A stretch of 64,000 nt of DNA, taken from positions 192,001-256,000 of the forward strand of contig JAXGPA010000002.1 of the NCBI GenBank assembly GCA_040767195.1, read 5' to 3'. The position numbers and the translations under genes are program-made. Shown here piece by piece: positions 28,900-39,300 of the stretch. The DNA is from Syntrophales bacterium (GTDB lineage: Bacteria > Desulfobacterota > Syntrophia > Syntrophales > UBA6807). Below the pieces are notes generated by a model that saw only the letters and a list, made by a program, of their open reading frames with translations, was not told where the DNA came from and did no database searches. The first letter of the stretch is position 1; every line of letters begins with the position of its first letter.

Positions 28900-29970
28900 T
28901 CACGAGGCTGCCGCTTTCAGGGCTTCCGTCTGGTAGTGGGTGATGAGCCCGTCGATAAATTCGTCGATGACGCCGTCGAGCACCTTTTCCAGGCTGTACA
29001 GGGTCATCCCGATCCGGTGGTCGGTCACCCGGCCCTGGGGAAAATTGTAGGTCCGGATCCTCTCGCTCCGGTCGCCGGTGCCCACCTGTTTCTTCCGCGT
29101 TTCCGAAATGAGGGCATCCTGTTCCGCCTGCTTCCGGTCCAGGAGGCGGGCCCGGAGAACCTTCATGGCCTTCGCCTTGTTCTTGTGCTGCGATTTTTCG
29201 TCCTGGCACGTGACCACGAGGCCCGAGGGAAGATGGGTGATCCGAACGGCCGAGTCGGTCGTGTTGACGCTCTGCCCGCCGTGACCGGTGGACCGGTAGA
29301 CGTCGATCCGGAGTTCAGCTGGGTCGATGTCCACCTCCACCTCTTCCGCTTCGGGAAGGATGGCCACGGTCACCGCCGAGGTGTGAATCCTACCCTGGGC
29401 TTCCGTGAGGGGCACCCGCTGCACCCGGTGGACGCCGCTTTCGTACTTGAGCCGGCTGTAGGCGCCCCGGCCCTCGATCATCCCGATGATTTCCTTGAAC
29501 CCGCCCATGCCCCCCCCCTGGGTGGCACTCACGATCTCCATCCGCCATCCCCGGGACTCGGCGTAGCGGGCATACATGCGGAACAGGTCCGCCGCGAAGA
29601 GGGCCGCCTCGTCGCCTCCCGTTCCCGCCCGGATTTCCAGGAAGACGTTCCGTTCGTCATTGGGGTCCCTGGGGAGCAGGAGAATTTTCAGCTCTTCCTC
29701 GAAAACGGCGATCTCTTCCCTGAGCCTCGGAATTTCCTCCCTCAAAAGCTCTTTCCACTCGTCGTCCCCCTCCTTGAGAAGTTCCTGGTCCTCCCGGAGC
29801 TGGGCCTTCTTCTTCCCGTACCGCCGATAAAGGTCGACGATGGGCGCGATCTCCGAATGCTCCCGGACATACTTCTGAAACTCGGAGCGGTTGTTCAGGA
29901 CATCGGGGCTCGAGAGGAGCCTTTCCAGCTCTTCGCAGCGCTTTTCTATTTCATGGAGTTTATCGAACAT
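28900..29970 (-). CDS. prfA: Peptide chain release factor 1
   Basis: [27 protein letters not shown] (PxT motif), [20 protein letters not shown]. Confidence 0.98.
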   Translation of the reverse strand: MFDKLHEIEKRCEELERLLSSPDVLNNRSEFQKYVREHSEIAPIVDLYRRYGKKKAQLREDQELLKEGDDEWKELLREEIPRLREEIAVFEEELKILLLPRDPNDERNVFLEIRAGTGGDEAALFAADLFRMYARYAESRGWRMEIVSATQGGGMGGFKEIIGMIEGRGAYSRLKYESGVHRVQRVPLTEAQGRIHTSAVTVAILPEAEEVEVDIDPAELRIDVYRSTGHGGQSVNTTDSAVRITHLPSGLVVTCQDEKSQHKNKAKAMKVLRARLLDRKQAEQDALISETRKKQVGTGDRSERIRTYNFPQGRVTDHRIGMTLYSLEKVLDGVIDEFIDGLITHYQTEALKAAAS

Positions 29971-30179
29971 GGCGACCGGGTAAAACGCCGTTCACCCTCG
30001 ACATGGAGAAAGAACGGCCGGTGGATGCGGAAAAAACTCACGGGCTGGGGGGCCCGGACGACCGGGGCAGCGGTTCCGCCCGCCCCGGACCGGATCCGGT
30101 TTTCGACCTCCCGGTTCGGGAAGCACGGGAGAAACGTGGGATCGGAATGACCCTACTCCGGGCGGCGGGCCTGTCCGGG

Positions 30180-30395
30180 TCAGTCTTCCTTCTTTTCCAG
30201 GCCGGCGTATTTCCTCCGGAAGCTCTCAACCCGGCCGGCGGTGTCGATGATTTTCTGCTTACCCGTCATGAAGGGGTGGCACTGGGAACAAATTTCGACC
30301 TTGATGTCTTTTCTCGTGGACTTCGTCTCGATGACGTTCCCGCAGACACAGGTGATCGTCGTATCTTCGTAGGCGGGATGAATGTCTTTCTTCAT
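30180..30395 (-). CDS. rpmE: 50S ribosomal protein L31 (Zn-binding type)
   Basis: [30 protein letters not shown]. Confidence 0.96.
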   Translation of the reverse strand: MKKDIHPAYEDTTITCVCGNVIETKSTRKDIKVEICSQCHPFMTGKQKIIDTAGRVESFRRKYAGLEKKED

Positions 30396-30492
30396 TTACC
30401 TGGAATCCTCCTTCGTGAGAAGAAAATTACGTAAATTGTCCTTTTATCTTTTTATATTCGGATTTTCAAGAAGATTTTACCATTGAAGGGGG

Positions 30493-31740
30493 TCACTGGT
30501 TCATGGAGCCGAAAAACTCCTCGTTGGTCTGTGTTTTCCGGATCTTGTCCGTGATGAATTCAATGGCTTCCACGGGGTTCATCTCCTGGAGGAGACGCCT
30601 CAAAATCCAGATACGGTTCATGTGCTCCCTGGGGATGAGGAGTTCCTCTTTCCGCGTTCCCGACCGGATGAGATCGAAAGCCGGGAAGATGCGCCGATCG
30701 GCGATCCGCCGGTCCAGGTGGAGTTCCATGTTTCCCGTTCCCTTGAATTCCTCGAAAATGACCTCGTCCATGCGGCTCCCCGTGTCCACGAGGGCGGTGG
30801 CGATGATGGTGAGGCTCCCGCCCGTCTCGATGTTCCGGGCGGCCCCGAAAAACCGCTTCGGCTTGTGGAGGGCGTTCGAATCGACGCCGCCGGACAGGAC
30901 TTTCCCGCTTGGCGGAACGACGGCGTTGTAAGCCCGGGCGAGGCGGGTGATGCTGTCCAGGAGAATGACCACGTCCCGGTTGTGCTCCACCAGGCGCTTC
31001 GCCTTTTCCAGGACCATCTCGGAAACCTGGATGTGCCGCGTGGCCGTTTCGTCGAAGGTGGACGAGATCACCTCTCCGCGGACGCTCCGTTCCATGTCCG
31101 TAACCTCTTCCGGGCGTTCGTCGATGAGGAGTACCATGAGAATGACTTCGGGGTGATTTTTGGCGATGCTGTTGGCAATGTCCTTAAGGAGGACCGTCTT
31201 GCCCGCCCGGGGGGGGGACACGATGAGCCCCCTCTGGCCTTTGCCGATGGGGGTGAAGAGGTTCATGACCCGGGTGGAGAGGTTCTCGGGGTCGGACTCG
31301 AGATTGAGCCTTTCCTCCGGGTACAGGGGCGTCAGGTTGTCGAAAAGGATCTTGTCCCGCGCCGCTTCCGGGGCCTCGAAATTCACCGCGTCCACCTTGA
31401 GGAGAGCGAAGTACTTCTCCCCTTCCTTGGGCGGCCGGACGTCTCCGATGACGGTGTCTCCCGTCCGGAGGGCAAACCGCCGGATCTGAGACGGGGAAAC
31501 GTAAATGTCATCGGGACCGGGAAGATAGTTGTATCCCACGGAACGAAGAAAACCGAACCCGTCGGGAAGGGTTTCCAGGACGCCCTCCCCCACGATGGAC
31601 CCGTTTTTTTCCGACTGGGCCTGGAGAATGGAAAAGATGAGATCCTGGCGCCTCATGCCGGTGGCGTCGGGAACGTTCAGTTCCTTGGCCAGTTCGGTCA
31701 GTTCGCCGATCGTGTGCCTCTTGATTTCCGAAATGTTCAT
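30493..31740 (-). CDS. rho: Transcription termination factor Rho
   Basis: [56 protein letters not shown]. Confidence 0.98.
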   Translation of the reverse strand: MNISEIKRHTIGELTELAKELNVPDATGMRRQDLIFSILQAQSEKNGSIVGEGVLETLPDGFGFLRSVGYNYLPGPDDIYVSPSQIRRFALRTGDTVIGDVRPPKEGEKYFALLKVDAVNFEAPEAARDKILFDNLTPLYPEERLNLESDPENLSTRVMNLFTPIGKGQRGLIVSPPRAGKTVLLKDIANSIAKNHPEVILMVLLIDERPEEVTDMERSVRGEVISSTFDETATRHIQVSEMVLEKAKRLVEHNRDVVILLDSITRLARAYNAVVPPSGKVLSGGVDSNALHKPKRFFGAARNIETGGSLTIIATALVDTGSRMDEVIFEEFKGTGNMELHLDRRIADRRIFPAFDLIRSGTRKEELLIPREHMNRIWILRRLLQEMNPVEAIEFITDKIRKTQTNEEFFGSMNQ

Positions 31741-31957
31741 GCCGTTTCCCTTTTGAGTGTAATTCCCCTTCTCCTGCTGGATACAGGACAGGGCTCCGCG
31801 GACATCTGCCGCGTTGGCGCCGTCGACCCGAAACTACCGCCGTGTGGCTCGGCCGTGTTTTCAGGAGACATAGAGGGTGTCTGAATCAGGCGGTTTTAAG
31901 AGCTTACTGAACTCCTTAGTGTAAAGGAAGGGTTTGAGTATCTAGAGTTAGCCGAGT

Positions 31958-31985
31958 ATTTATATCATCCACGCGGCCATGTCAA
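31958..31985 (-). promoter_or_regulatory. Candidate sigma70 promoter for rho
   Basis: Minus strand TTGACA...TGATATAAAT (consensus -35 plus an extended -10-like element with imperfect spacing), about 220 bp upstream of rho. Confidence 0.5.
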
Positions 31986-32053
31986 GACAATTTTCCCCGG
32001 TTTCAGGAAGGGAGGGGCTTTCCGGGGAAAGGTAAGAAGATCCCCGGTGCCGG

Positions 32054-32082
32054 CGGGCGGCTCCCGGAACGGGAGCCGCCCG
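32054..32082. terminator. Strong GC hairpin after the symporter gene
   Basis: CGGGCGGCTCCCG-GAA-CGGGAGCCGCCCG is a perfect 13-bp stem, but with no clear U-tract. Confidence 0.45.
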
Positions 32083-32095
32083 TGAGAAACGCCCG

Positions 32096-33625
32096 TTAAG
32101 ACCCGAAGATACGGTTCAGGTGGGCTTCTTCGGGCCGCTTCCCCTGGGTCGCGGCGCTGATGACGAAGTAGACCAGGAGCGAGATGACGAACGCCGGGAT
32201 GATCTCGTGGACGTCCTTGAGGCCGGGGTAGTTGAAACGGAATCCGAAACGGTAGATGAGACAGGTGGCGATCCCGATGATCATGGACCAGAAGGCCCCG
32301 TGGCCCGTTCCCCAGCGAAGATACAGGCCGCCGAAGATGGCGGGGAAGAAGCTCGCCGCGAAGACGGCGCCGGAGAAGGCCGTGAGTTCAACGATGCCCA
32401 TGGGGGGGTAGACGGTGAGAACGAAAACGATGAAGCAGTATAACAGGATGGTCACCTTCGTCCGGTTGACGACCTGGGCCGGCGCCATGGGCCGGTACAG
32501 GTTCCAGATGTCCCCGATGAAGGCCGTTCCAACGATGAGCATGACCGACGCGAGAGACGACATCCCCGCGGCGAAGAGCCCCGCCAGGCAGATTCCGCTG
32601 ATCCAGGGGCTGTTGAACTTGGCGAGCATGAACCCGATGACCTCGTCGGTGTGCTTCACCAGGTAGGCCGCCTCCTGCTCCGTAGCCATGCCGTGGACGA
32701 GCGCTCCCAGGCCCATGACACAGATGAGCGAGACCCCGAGGAAGATGGGCGTCCAGATCATGGCGAACCGCATGCTTTTCGCGTTATCGATGGAGTAGAA
32801 CCGGATGAGGCACCGGGGTTCGGCGATCTGCTTCATTCCCACGGAAAGGCCGATCCCGAGGATGTACAGGAAGGACACCAGGGAACAGAAGGTGACGAGA
32901 CCGTCCCCCATGGGTTTCCCCGCGCGGGTCACGTGGGTCGTGTAGGACACGGCGTTCATGAGGGTGTCCCAGCCTCCCACGTAGATGGCCGGCAGAACGA
33001 CCATGATGATGGCAACGAAAAACATCATGAGACCCTGGACGGCATCGGTCCAGAGAACGCTGTACATCCCTCCCCAGACGGTGTAGGCCGCCGTGATGAA
33101 AATAATGAGGAAGGCCCCCCAGGCGTAGGGAAGGCCCAGGACGGAATCGAGAAGATGGGCGCAGCCCTTGGCGATCCCCACCATGTACCACAGGGTGGCG
33201 AAGATGATGATGAAGGCGGCGAATGCCCTCATGACCCGGGACAGGGAACTCTTGTACCGGTAGTCGAAATAGTCGGGAATGGTCACCGAGTTCAGGCTGG
33301 CCGTCTGCTTCCGCATCCGGGGTCCCAGGAGGAGCCAGGATATCATGCAGAAAACGGTCCAGAAAACCCCCACCCAGGCCCAGCAGAGGCCTGTCTGAAA
33401 GGCTTTTCCCGCCTGACCGATATAGGTGTTCGTGCTGATGAACGTGGAAAAGAAGGCCAGGGAAACGACCCAGCCGGGGATTTCCCTCTTGGCGATGTAG
33501 TAGGCTGAAACGCCTTCCGATGCCTTTTTCTTGAACCACCAGCCGATGCCCAGGCAGGCCGCCACGTACACCACGATCAGAAATAAAATGACACTGTTCT
33601 GCGCCAGGTATTCCATCGTAAACAT
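32096..33625 (-). CDS. Sodium:solute symporter (SSS family)
   Basis: About 13 TM segments; FSTFISTNTYIGQAG, TIPDYFDYRY, YTVWGGMYSVLWTDAVQG, FAAGMSS. Confidence 0.92.
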   Translation of the reverse strand: MFTMEYLAQNSVILFLIVVYVAACLGIGWWFKKKASEGVSAYYIAKREIPGWVVSLAFFSTFISTNTYIGQAGKAFQTGLCWAWVGVFWTVFCMISWLLLGPRMRKQTASLNSVTIPDYFDYRYKSSLSRVMRAFAAFIIIFATLWYMVGIAKGCAHLLDSVLGLPYAWGAFLIIFITAAYTVWGGMYSVLWTDAVQGLMMFFVAIIMVVLPAIYVGGWDTLMNAVSYTTHVTRAGKPMGDGLVTFCSLVSFLYILGIGLSVGMKQIAEPRCLIRFYSIDNAKSMRFAMIWTPIFLGVSLICVMGLGALVHGMATEQEAAYLVKHTDEVIGFMLAKFNSPWISGICLAGLFAAGMSSLASVMLIVGTAFIGDIWNLYRPMAPAQVVNRTKVTILLYCFIVFVLTVYPPMGIVELTAFSGAVFAASFFPAIFGGLYLRWGTGHGAFWSMIIGIATCLIYRFGFRFNYPGLKDVHEIIPAFVISLLVYFVISAATQGKRPEEAHLNRIFGS

Positions 33626-33717
33626 CCTCCCCGTTCCGATTTTGTTGAGGGTCCTTCAGGACAGGCTTCCCGAAGAAAAAAGTCGGCCTTTCACCGTTTC
33701 ATCGAACATGACCGGCC

Positions 33718-33861
33718 CTAAATGCCGGGCTGACACTTCGATGGATCCTTCTCGTGACCGGCCTCTTCCCCAACATCGACCTTCATCTTCATCACGACGA
33801 AGGCGTTCACGATGACGAGAACGGCGATTCCCCAGTAAGCGGCACCCGTTAAAAAATCCAT
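33718..33861 (-). CDS. Small single-TM protein (47 aa), probable symporter accessory subunit
   Basis: Translated by hand: MDFLTGAAYWGIAVLVIVNAFVVMKMKVDVGEEAGHEKDPSKCQPGI*. GAGAGG RBS upstream; below the ORF track cutoff. Confidence 0.65.
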   Translation of the reverse strand: MDFLTGAAYWGIAVLVIVNAFVVMKMKVDVGEEAGHEKDPSKCQPGI

Positions 33862-33936
33862 GCGACACCTCTCTTCTCTCTTATGATCATCGGCCCTGTC
33901 GGTTCCCGGAATAAATTTCCGGGGAACCCGGCCGCT

Positions 33937-35169
33937 TTAACGCTTCCCTGGATCCCGGGGGCTTCCGATGACCCGCCCCCGAATGAGTTCCTCGATCTTT
34001 TCCACTGAAAAACCGAGAAGATCCCGAAGAATTTCCTCCGAATGCTCTCCCAGGGCCGGAGCCGGGGCATAGACTTCCCCGGGGGTTTCGGACAGATGAA
34101 TGGGCGAACCGGCTATCCTGACGGGACCCACCCCGGGCTGGTGGACCTGGACAAGCATGTTGCGATGATGGATGTGGGGATCCTCGGAGATTTCCTTCAT
34201 GTTGTTGATGGGTGACCACGGAAGTCCCGCCTCGTCAAAGAGGGCTCCCCACGCGGCGGTGGTTCTCGTCTTCAGGACCTCCGCCAGGATCGCCTCCAGC
34301 TCCCCGCGGTGCATCGTTCTTTTCAGGTTCGTCTCGAAACGGAGGTCCTCGAGGAGGTCGTCCCGCCCGATAACCCTGCAGAATGTCCTCCAGAGGCCGT
34401 CGTTGCCGATGGGGATGATGATCCATGAATCCCGGGTCTGAAATCCCTGGAACGGCGTGATGGAGGGATGGACGCTCCCCAGGGGGCCGGGGATCTCGCC
34501 GGTGATGGTGTAGCGGACGACGGCGTTCTCGAGGACGGCGAAAAGACCGTCCACCATGGCCCCGTCGTAATGCTGTCCCCTGCCTGTTTTATCACGATGA
34601 ATGAGGGCCGACAGAATCCCGATGACGGCCTGGTGGCCGGCGATGATGTCCCCCACGGAAGACCCCACCCGGCAGGGCGGCCCGCCTTCGGGACCGGTGA
34701 TGCTCATGAGGCCGCTGTAAGCCTGGGCCACCATGTCATAGGCCGGTCTCTCGTCGTAACCGGGAAGGGTGTTCTGGCCGAAACCGCTGATGGAAGCGTA
34801 AATGAGACGGGGATTGATTTTCTGAAGCTCATCCCAGCCGAACCCCAGCTTTTTCATCGTCGTCGGCCGGAAATTTTCCACCAGCACATCGGAAAGCTCG
34901 ATGAGGCGGTGGAGGATTCCCCGGCCCGCCGCCTGCTTCAGGTCCAGGACCAGGCTTTTCTTGTTCCGGTTGAGACTGATGAAATATCCGCTTCGGTTTT
35001 TGTCGTACTCGCCGAGATACGGCCCGAATTCCCGGGCGTCGTCGCCGTGGGGCGGTTCCACGTGGATAACCTCGGCGCCCAGGTCGGCGAGGAAAAGCGT
35101 GCAGGTGGGAGCGGCCAGGACATGACTCAAGTCGACGACGCGAATTCCTTCGAGAGCCCTACGTTTCAT
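33937..35169 (-). CDS. Family III (CaiB/BaiF) CoA-transferase
   Basis: LEGIRVVDLSHVLAAP, LADLGAEVIHVE, NRNKKSLVLDLK, DVLVENFRP, catalytic Asp in VGDIIAG, APALGEHS. Start at the ATG at 35169. Confidence 0.95.
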   Translation of the reverse strand: MKRRALEGIRVVDLSHVLAAPTCTLFLADLGAEVIHVEPPHGDDAREFGPYLGEYDKNRSGYFISLNRNKKSLVLDLKQAAGRGILHRLIELSDVLVENFRPTTMKKLGFGWDELQKINPRLIYASISGFGQNTLPGYDERPAYDMVAQAYSGLMSITGPEGGPPCRVGSSVGDIIAGHQAVIGILSALIHRDKTGRGQHYDGAMVDGLFAVLENAVVRYTITGEIPGPLGSVHPSITPFQGFQTRDSWIIIPIGNDGLWRTFCRVIGRDDLLEDLRFETNLKRTMHRGELEAILAEVLKTRTTAAWGALFDEAGLPWSPINNMKEISEDPHIHHRNMLVQVHQPGVGPVRIAGSPIHLSETPGEVYAPAPALGEHSEEILRDLLGFSVEKIEELIRGRVIGSPRDPGKR

Positions 35170-35223
35170 TTTTTCTCCTTCCTGTCGAGACAGCCGGCCC
35201 AATGGGGAAAACCTTGGGGAGGA

Positions 35224-35241
35224 TTACAAAATCCATACCAG
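35224..35241 (-). promoter_or_regulatory. Candidate sigma54 promoter for the CoA-transferase operon
   Basis: Minus strand CTGGTATGGATTTTGTAA gives GG-N10-GT (variant -12 box). Confidence 0.45.
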
Positions 35242-35369
35242 GAAACAAAAAAAACAAAAAAAGAGCTCCCGTCAGGCCCGATCAACATCCCCGGACCACG
35301 GCGGTTGAAATCGCCGTGGACAAGCCCTGGAATCAGGTCGCACAGTTGCTATCATCTGCGAACGAGTGG

Positions 35370-35389
35370 CGCAAATATGCACATTTGCG
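35370..35389. promoter_or_regulatory. Palindromic operator / enhancer-like site
   Basis: CGCAAATATGCACATTTGCG is a 20-bp palindrome with one mismatched pair; a second TCGCA-N14-TGCGA lies at 35338-35361. Confidence 0.5.
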
Positions 35390-35488
35390 GACCTCGGACG
35401 GCCCCGTCCCCTCCCCCGGCGGTCCCCCGTCCCTGCCCCGCTTCGGATCACCGCCCGCGGGGGACGGGCACGCCCGCACCATTTCCGA

Positions 35489-35647
35489 TCAATAGGTGGC
35501 CTGCCCCTCCTGGTAGAGCTTGCGGAGGAGTTCCGGGTCCACCGTGTCCCGGTCCACGAAATGGTTGGGTTCGGCCCCGCAGTATGGACAGGGGGCGTCA
35601 GCCACCTCGATGGCTTCCCCGCAGATGCCGCAGACAATTTCCTTCAT
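35489..35647 (-). CDS. Small rubredoxin-like / zinc-ribbon protein (52 aa)
   Basis: Translated by hand: MKEIVCGICGEAIEVADAPCPYCGAEPNHFVDRDTVDPELLRKLYQEGQATY*. CxxCG...CPxCG knuckles, AAAGGAG RBS, GC-rich third codon positions; missing from the ORF track. Confidence 0.82.
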   Translation of the reverse strand: MKEIVCGICGEAIEVADAPCPYCGAEPNHFVDRDTVDPELLRKLYQEGQATY

Positions 35648-35925
35648 ACGCTGGTTTCTCCTTTCTTTTTTTGCCTTTTAAAAATACCACAGGGGTACCT
35701 TCTGAAAAAAGTTTTTCTTTTTTCGACAAAAACTCCTCAAAATCGTTCATTTTATCTTGACGATCCTTTTTCGTGATGTTATGGAAAATTCAATGTCGCC
35801 AAGCCAGCCCACAACTTTACCGATGCATGACCTTTATCATATGGACAGTGTTTTCGAACCCTTGATGGTTTCACCTCCGTTCACGACGGCCGGGGGAAAG
35901 AAATATATTGGGAAAGGAGATGATC

Positions 35926-36282
35926 ATGGCAAAGGTAAAGAAGGGTGAATTGCTTAGCTGCCAGGAATGCGGTCTCATTCTCGTAGTGGACGAGGCCTGC
36001 GGATGCGCTGTCGGGGAAATCATCTGCTGTGAGGTTCCCATGAAAAAGGGAAAGCTCGCGGCCGGGAAGGCGAGGAAGAAACTTCAGGCCCAGCCGGCGG
36101 CCAAACCGGCGGTGGCAGCCCCCAAGAAGGAAAAGGCCGTGAAAGCGGCGGCGGCAAAGCCCGCGGCAAAGGCGGCGGCGAAGGCGGTCCCGAAAAAAGC
36201 CGCCAAACCGGCGGCGAAACCGGCGGCCAAGAAAGCAGCCAAACCGGCGGCCAAGAAGGCCCCGGCAAAAGCGAAAAAATAA
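35926..36282 (+). CDS. Desulforedoxin-like Cys domain fused to a histone H1-like Ala/Lys/Pro repeat tail
   Basis: KGELLSCQECGLILVV...EIICCEVPM (CxxC...CC) followed by repeated KPAAK/KKAA; AAAGGAG RBS before the ATG at 35926. Confidence 0.8.
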   Translation: MAKVKKGELLSCQECGLILVVDEACGCAVGEIICCEVPMKKGKLAAGKARKKLQAQPAAKPAVAAPKKEKAVKAAAAKPAAKAAAKAVPKKAAKPAAKPAAKKAAKPAAKKAPAKAKK

Positions 36283-36303
36283 GCCCCGTTTTCCGATTCG
36301 ATC

Positions 36304-36341
36304 ATAAAACCCCGCTCCTTCACAGGTTGACGGGGTTTTAT
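36304..36341. terminator. Probable bidirectional terminator
   Basis: ATAAAACCCCG...CGGGGTTTTAT inverted repeat between convergent genes. Confidence 0.65.
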
Positions 36342-39300
36342 TCGTTTTCGCCACCGGTTTTACGACGGCGGTTTCGAAAAAGGCCCTTCACGGTTCTGGC
36401 AAGAATCCCCGCTTTTTCCGGAGCCGGCCGGGGAAACCCGTTTTTCCCCGTTCTTTCGTCCACAAGGGAGAGAAGAACGGGAACCACGTTCAGCGTCAGG
36501 ACCGTGGCGAAGGCCAGTCCGAAAATGACGGCCACCGCCATGGGGCCCCACCACTGGGAAGACTCACCGCCGACGCACAGGCACAGATTCCTGAAATCGA
36601 TACTCACCCCTGTCGCCATGGGCATGAGGCCGAGAATGGTCGTAATGGCCGTGAGCATGACCGGGCGAAAACGGGTCAGGCCCGCCTGAACCAGGGCCTC
36701 GCGGGGCCCCAGGTCCCCATCCCGGAGCCGGCGGTAGTAGTCGATGAGAACAATGCTGTTGTTCACCACGACCCCGGCAAGGCTGATGACCCCGACACCG
36801 GTCATGATGATGCCGAAGGCCGTTCCCGTAATGAGAAGGCCGGCGAAAACCCCGATGAGGGAAAGAAACACCGTCGCCAGGATGATGAAGGGCATGGCAA
36901 AAGAATCGAACTGGAGAAGGAGGACCAGGAAAATGAGCATGAGAGCGGCCGCAAAGGCTTTGGTGAGGAAGGCCGCGGCCTTTTCCTGTTCCCGTTGCTC
37001 CCCGGTGAACCGATAGGTGTAATTCCGAGGCCACTCGACTTCCTGAAGCCGCATTTCGATGTCACCGATGACGTCGTTGGCCAGGCGGCCCGCGGTGTTG
37101 CCTGAAATCGTCACGACCCGCTTCTGGTCGAGGCGCATGATGGCCCCGACGCCGCTGGACAGCCTCACGTCGGCCACCGTGGTCAGGGGAACGGCTTCCC
37201 CCCCGGGGCCGGAGATGGTGAGACGGCGGATGCTCTCGACGCTTCGCCGGTCTTTTTCCGGCAGACGGGCGATGATGTCGTATTCCTCCTTTCCCTCACG
37301 GAAGACGCCGACCTTGACCCCGTTGATGGCCGCCTTCACCGTGTAGGCGATGGTAAAGGCGTCGAGGCCCAGCAGGGCGGCCTTTTCCTTGTCGATCTCC
37401 ACGACGATTTCCGGCTTCCCCCCGATAAAATTGTCCTTCAGGTCAACAAGGCCGGAAACATCCCCTATCATGCCCCGGATCCGGGCAGCCAGGTCCCCCA
37501 GCCGGAAAATGTCATCCCCGGAGATTTCCAGGTTCACCGGCGGACCCGTCGGGGGACCTTCCTCTTCCTGTTCCACCTGGACCTCGGCGCCCTGAATCTT
37601 TTCGAGCAGGCGCCGGCGGATCTCGGTCACGATGCCCGAAGACGGCCGGGAGCGGTCGGCCAGGTCCTTGAAATCCAGGGCCACCCGGTTGATGTGCGTC
37701 CCCGTCCCGCCTTGGGAAAAAGGGTCCCCGCCCACGGAGCCGATGTTGGCTATGACATGGGAGATGTCGGGATAATCCATGACCACTTCCTCCACCTGGC
37801 GGACAAGGGCGTCGGAAGCATCGAGGTTGGTCCCCTCGGGGGCCTTGAGAAACACGTAGGCCCGCCTGGGCTCCGTCTCGGGAAAGAATTCGACGCCTTT
37901 GCCAAAGAGAAGGAAGGCGCCGGCGGACCCGGCCAGGAGGATCACTGCCGACAGCACGACGAGGAACCTGTGATCCAGGGACCAGAGGAGAAAACCCCGG
38001 TAGGCCCTCTTGACCGGCGGCAGGCCCCTTGCCTCCCCGGCGTGCAGGGGTTTCGCCGACTGGTACCGGGCGGAGAGGACGGGATTGATCACCAGGGCCA
38101 CGAAAAGGGACGAGCTGAGGGCCAGGATCAGGGTCTCGGGGAGGTATTTCATGAACTCCCCCATGATGCCCGGCCAGAACAGCATGGGGACGAAGGCGCC
38201 CAGGGTCGTCACGGTGGACGTGATGACCGGCCAGGCCACCTCGTTGGTCGCCTCGAGCGCCGCCCGCACCCGCGGCTTTCCTTCCTGCATCTGGCGGTAG
38301 ATGTTTTCGACGATGACGATGGCGTTGTCCACGAGCATCCCCAGGGCCAGGATGAGAGAGAAGAGAACCACCATGTTCAGGGTGATTCCCCCGGCGGCGA
38401 GAAAGAAGAACGTGAGGAGCATGGAGTAGGGGATGGCAAGGGACACGAAGACGGCCGACCGGCCGCCGATAAAGAAAAAGATCACCGCCAGGACGAGGAT
38501 GAGGCCCGACAGGATATTGTTTTCCAGGTCCGAGACCATGAGGTTCACGTCCCTAGACATGTCCGAGGTCAGGTCGATCTGAACCGTCGGGGGAAGAAGG
38601 GGCGCCATGGCCGAAACGGCGGACTTCACGCCTTCCGCCACGGCGAGGATGTTTTCCCCGCTTCTTTTCTGCACCGCCAGGGTGACGCTGGGCCTCCCGT
38701 TGATCCGGCTCCGGGTGATGGGGTCCTTGTAATGGTCACGGATCTCGGCAAGATCGCGGAGATAGACGGGTTTGCCGTCCCGGACGAAAGCGACGAGAGA
38801 AAAAATTTCCCCGGGGTGCTTGAAATCCTCCGGGACCCGGACGAGATACTTGGTGGGGCCGATATCCACGCTTCCGCTGGGCATGTTCACATTGCCCCGT
38901 TCCACGGCGCTGATGAGGGTTGAGAACGGGACGCTGTACGCCGCCACCCGGTCGAGGTCGAACTCCACGTGTATCTCCCGCTCCAGGCCGCCCGTGATGA
39001 CCGTGTTGAGAACGCCCGGGACACCGTCGATGCGCTCCTTGAGATCGTCGGCGAAGGCCTTGAGGCGGCGAAGGCTGAAAGGGCCCGACAGGACGACCCG
39101 GATGACGGGGATGTCGGAAAAATTCACTTCCCTTATAACGGGATCGTCGGGAAGCTCCGACGGAAGGTCCCCCAGGGCCTGGTCCACCTTGTCGCGGACT
39201 TTCTGCAGCGCGTCGTCCAGGTCCACCCGGGGCAGGAACTTGATGGCGATGGTGGAGAGGCCCTCCTCGGAGGTGGAACGGATTTCCTCCACGTCCGACA

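Noticed and set aside
33656..33868. 70-aa ORF from the track upstream of the symporter
   Set aside because: The overlapping 47-aa frame has the better RBS spacing and a plausible TM helix; the 70-aa frame is Arg-rich and looks non-coding.
36090..36280. Short tandem DNA repeats (CCAAACCGGCGG-like) as a CRISPR or other repeat array
   Set aside because: They simply encode the KPAAK peptide repeats and have no spacer structure.
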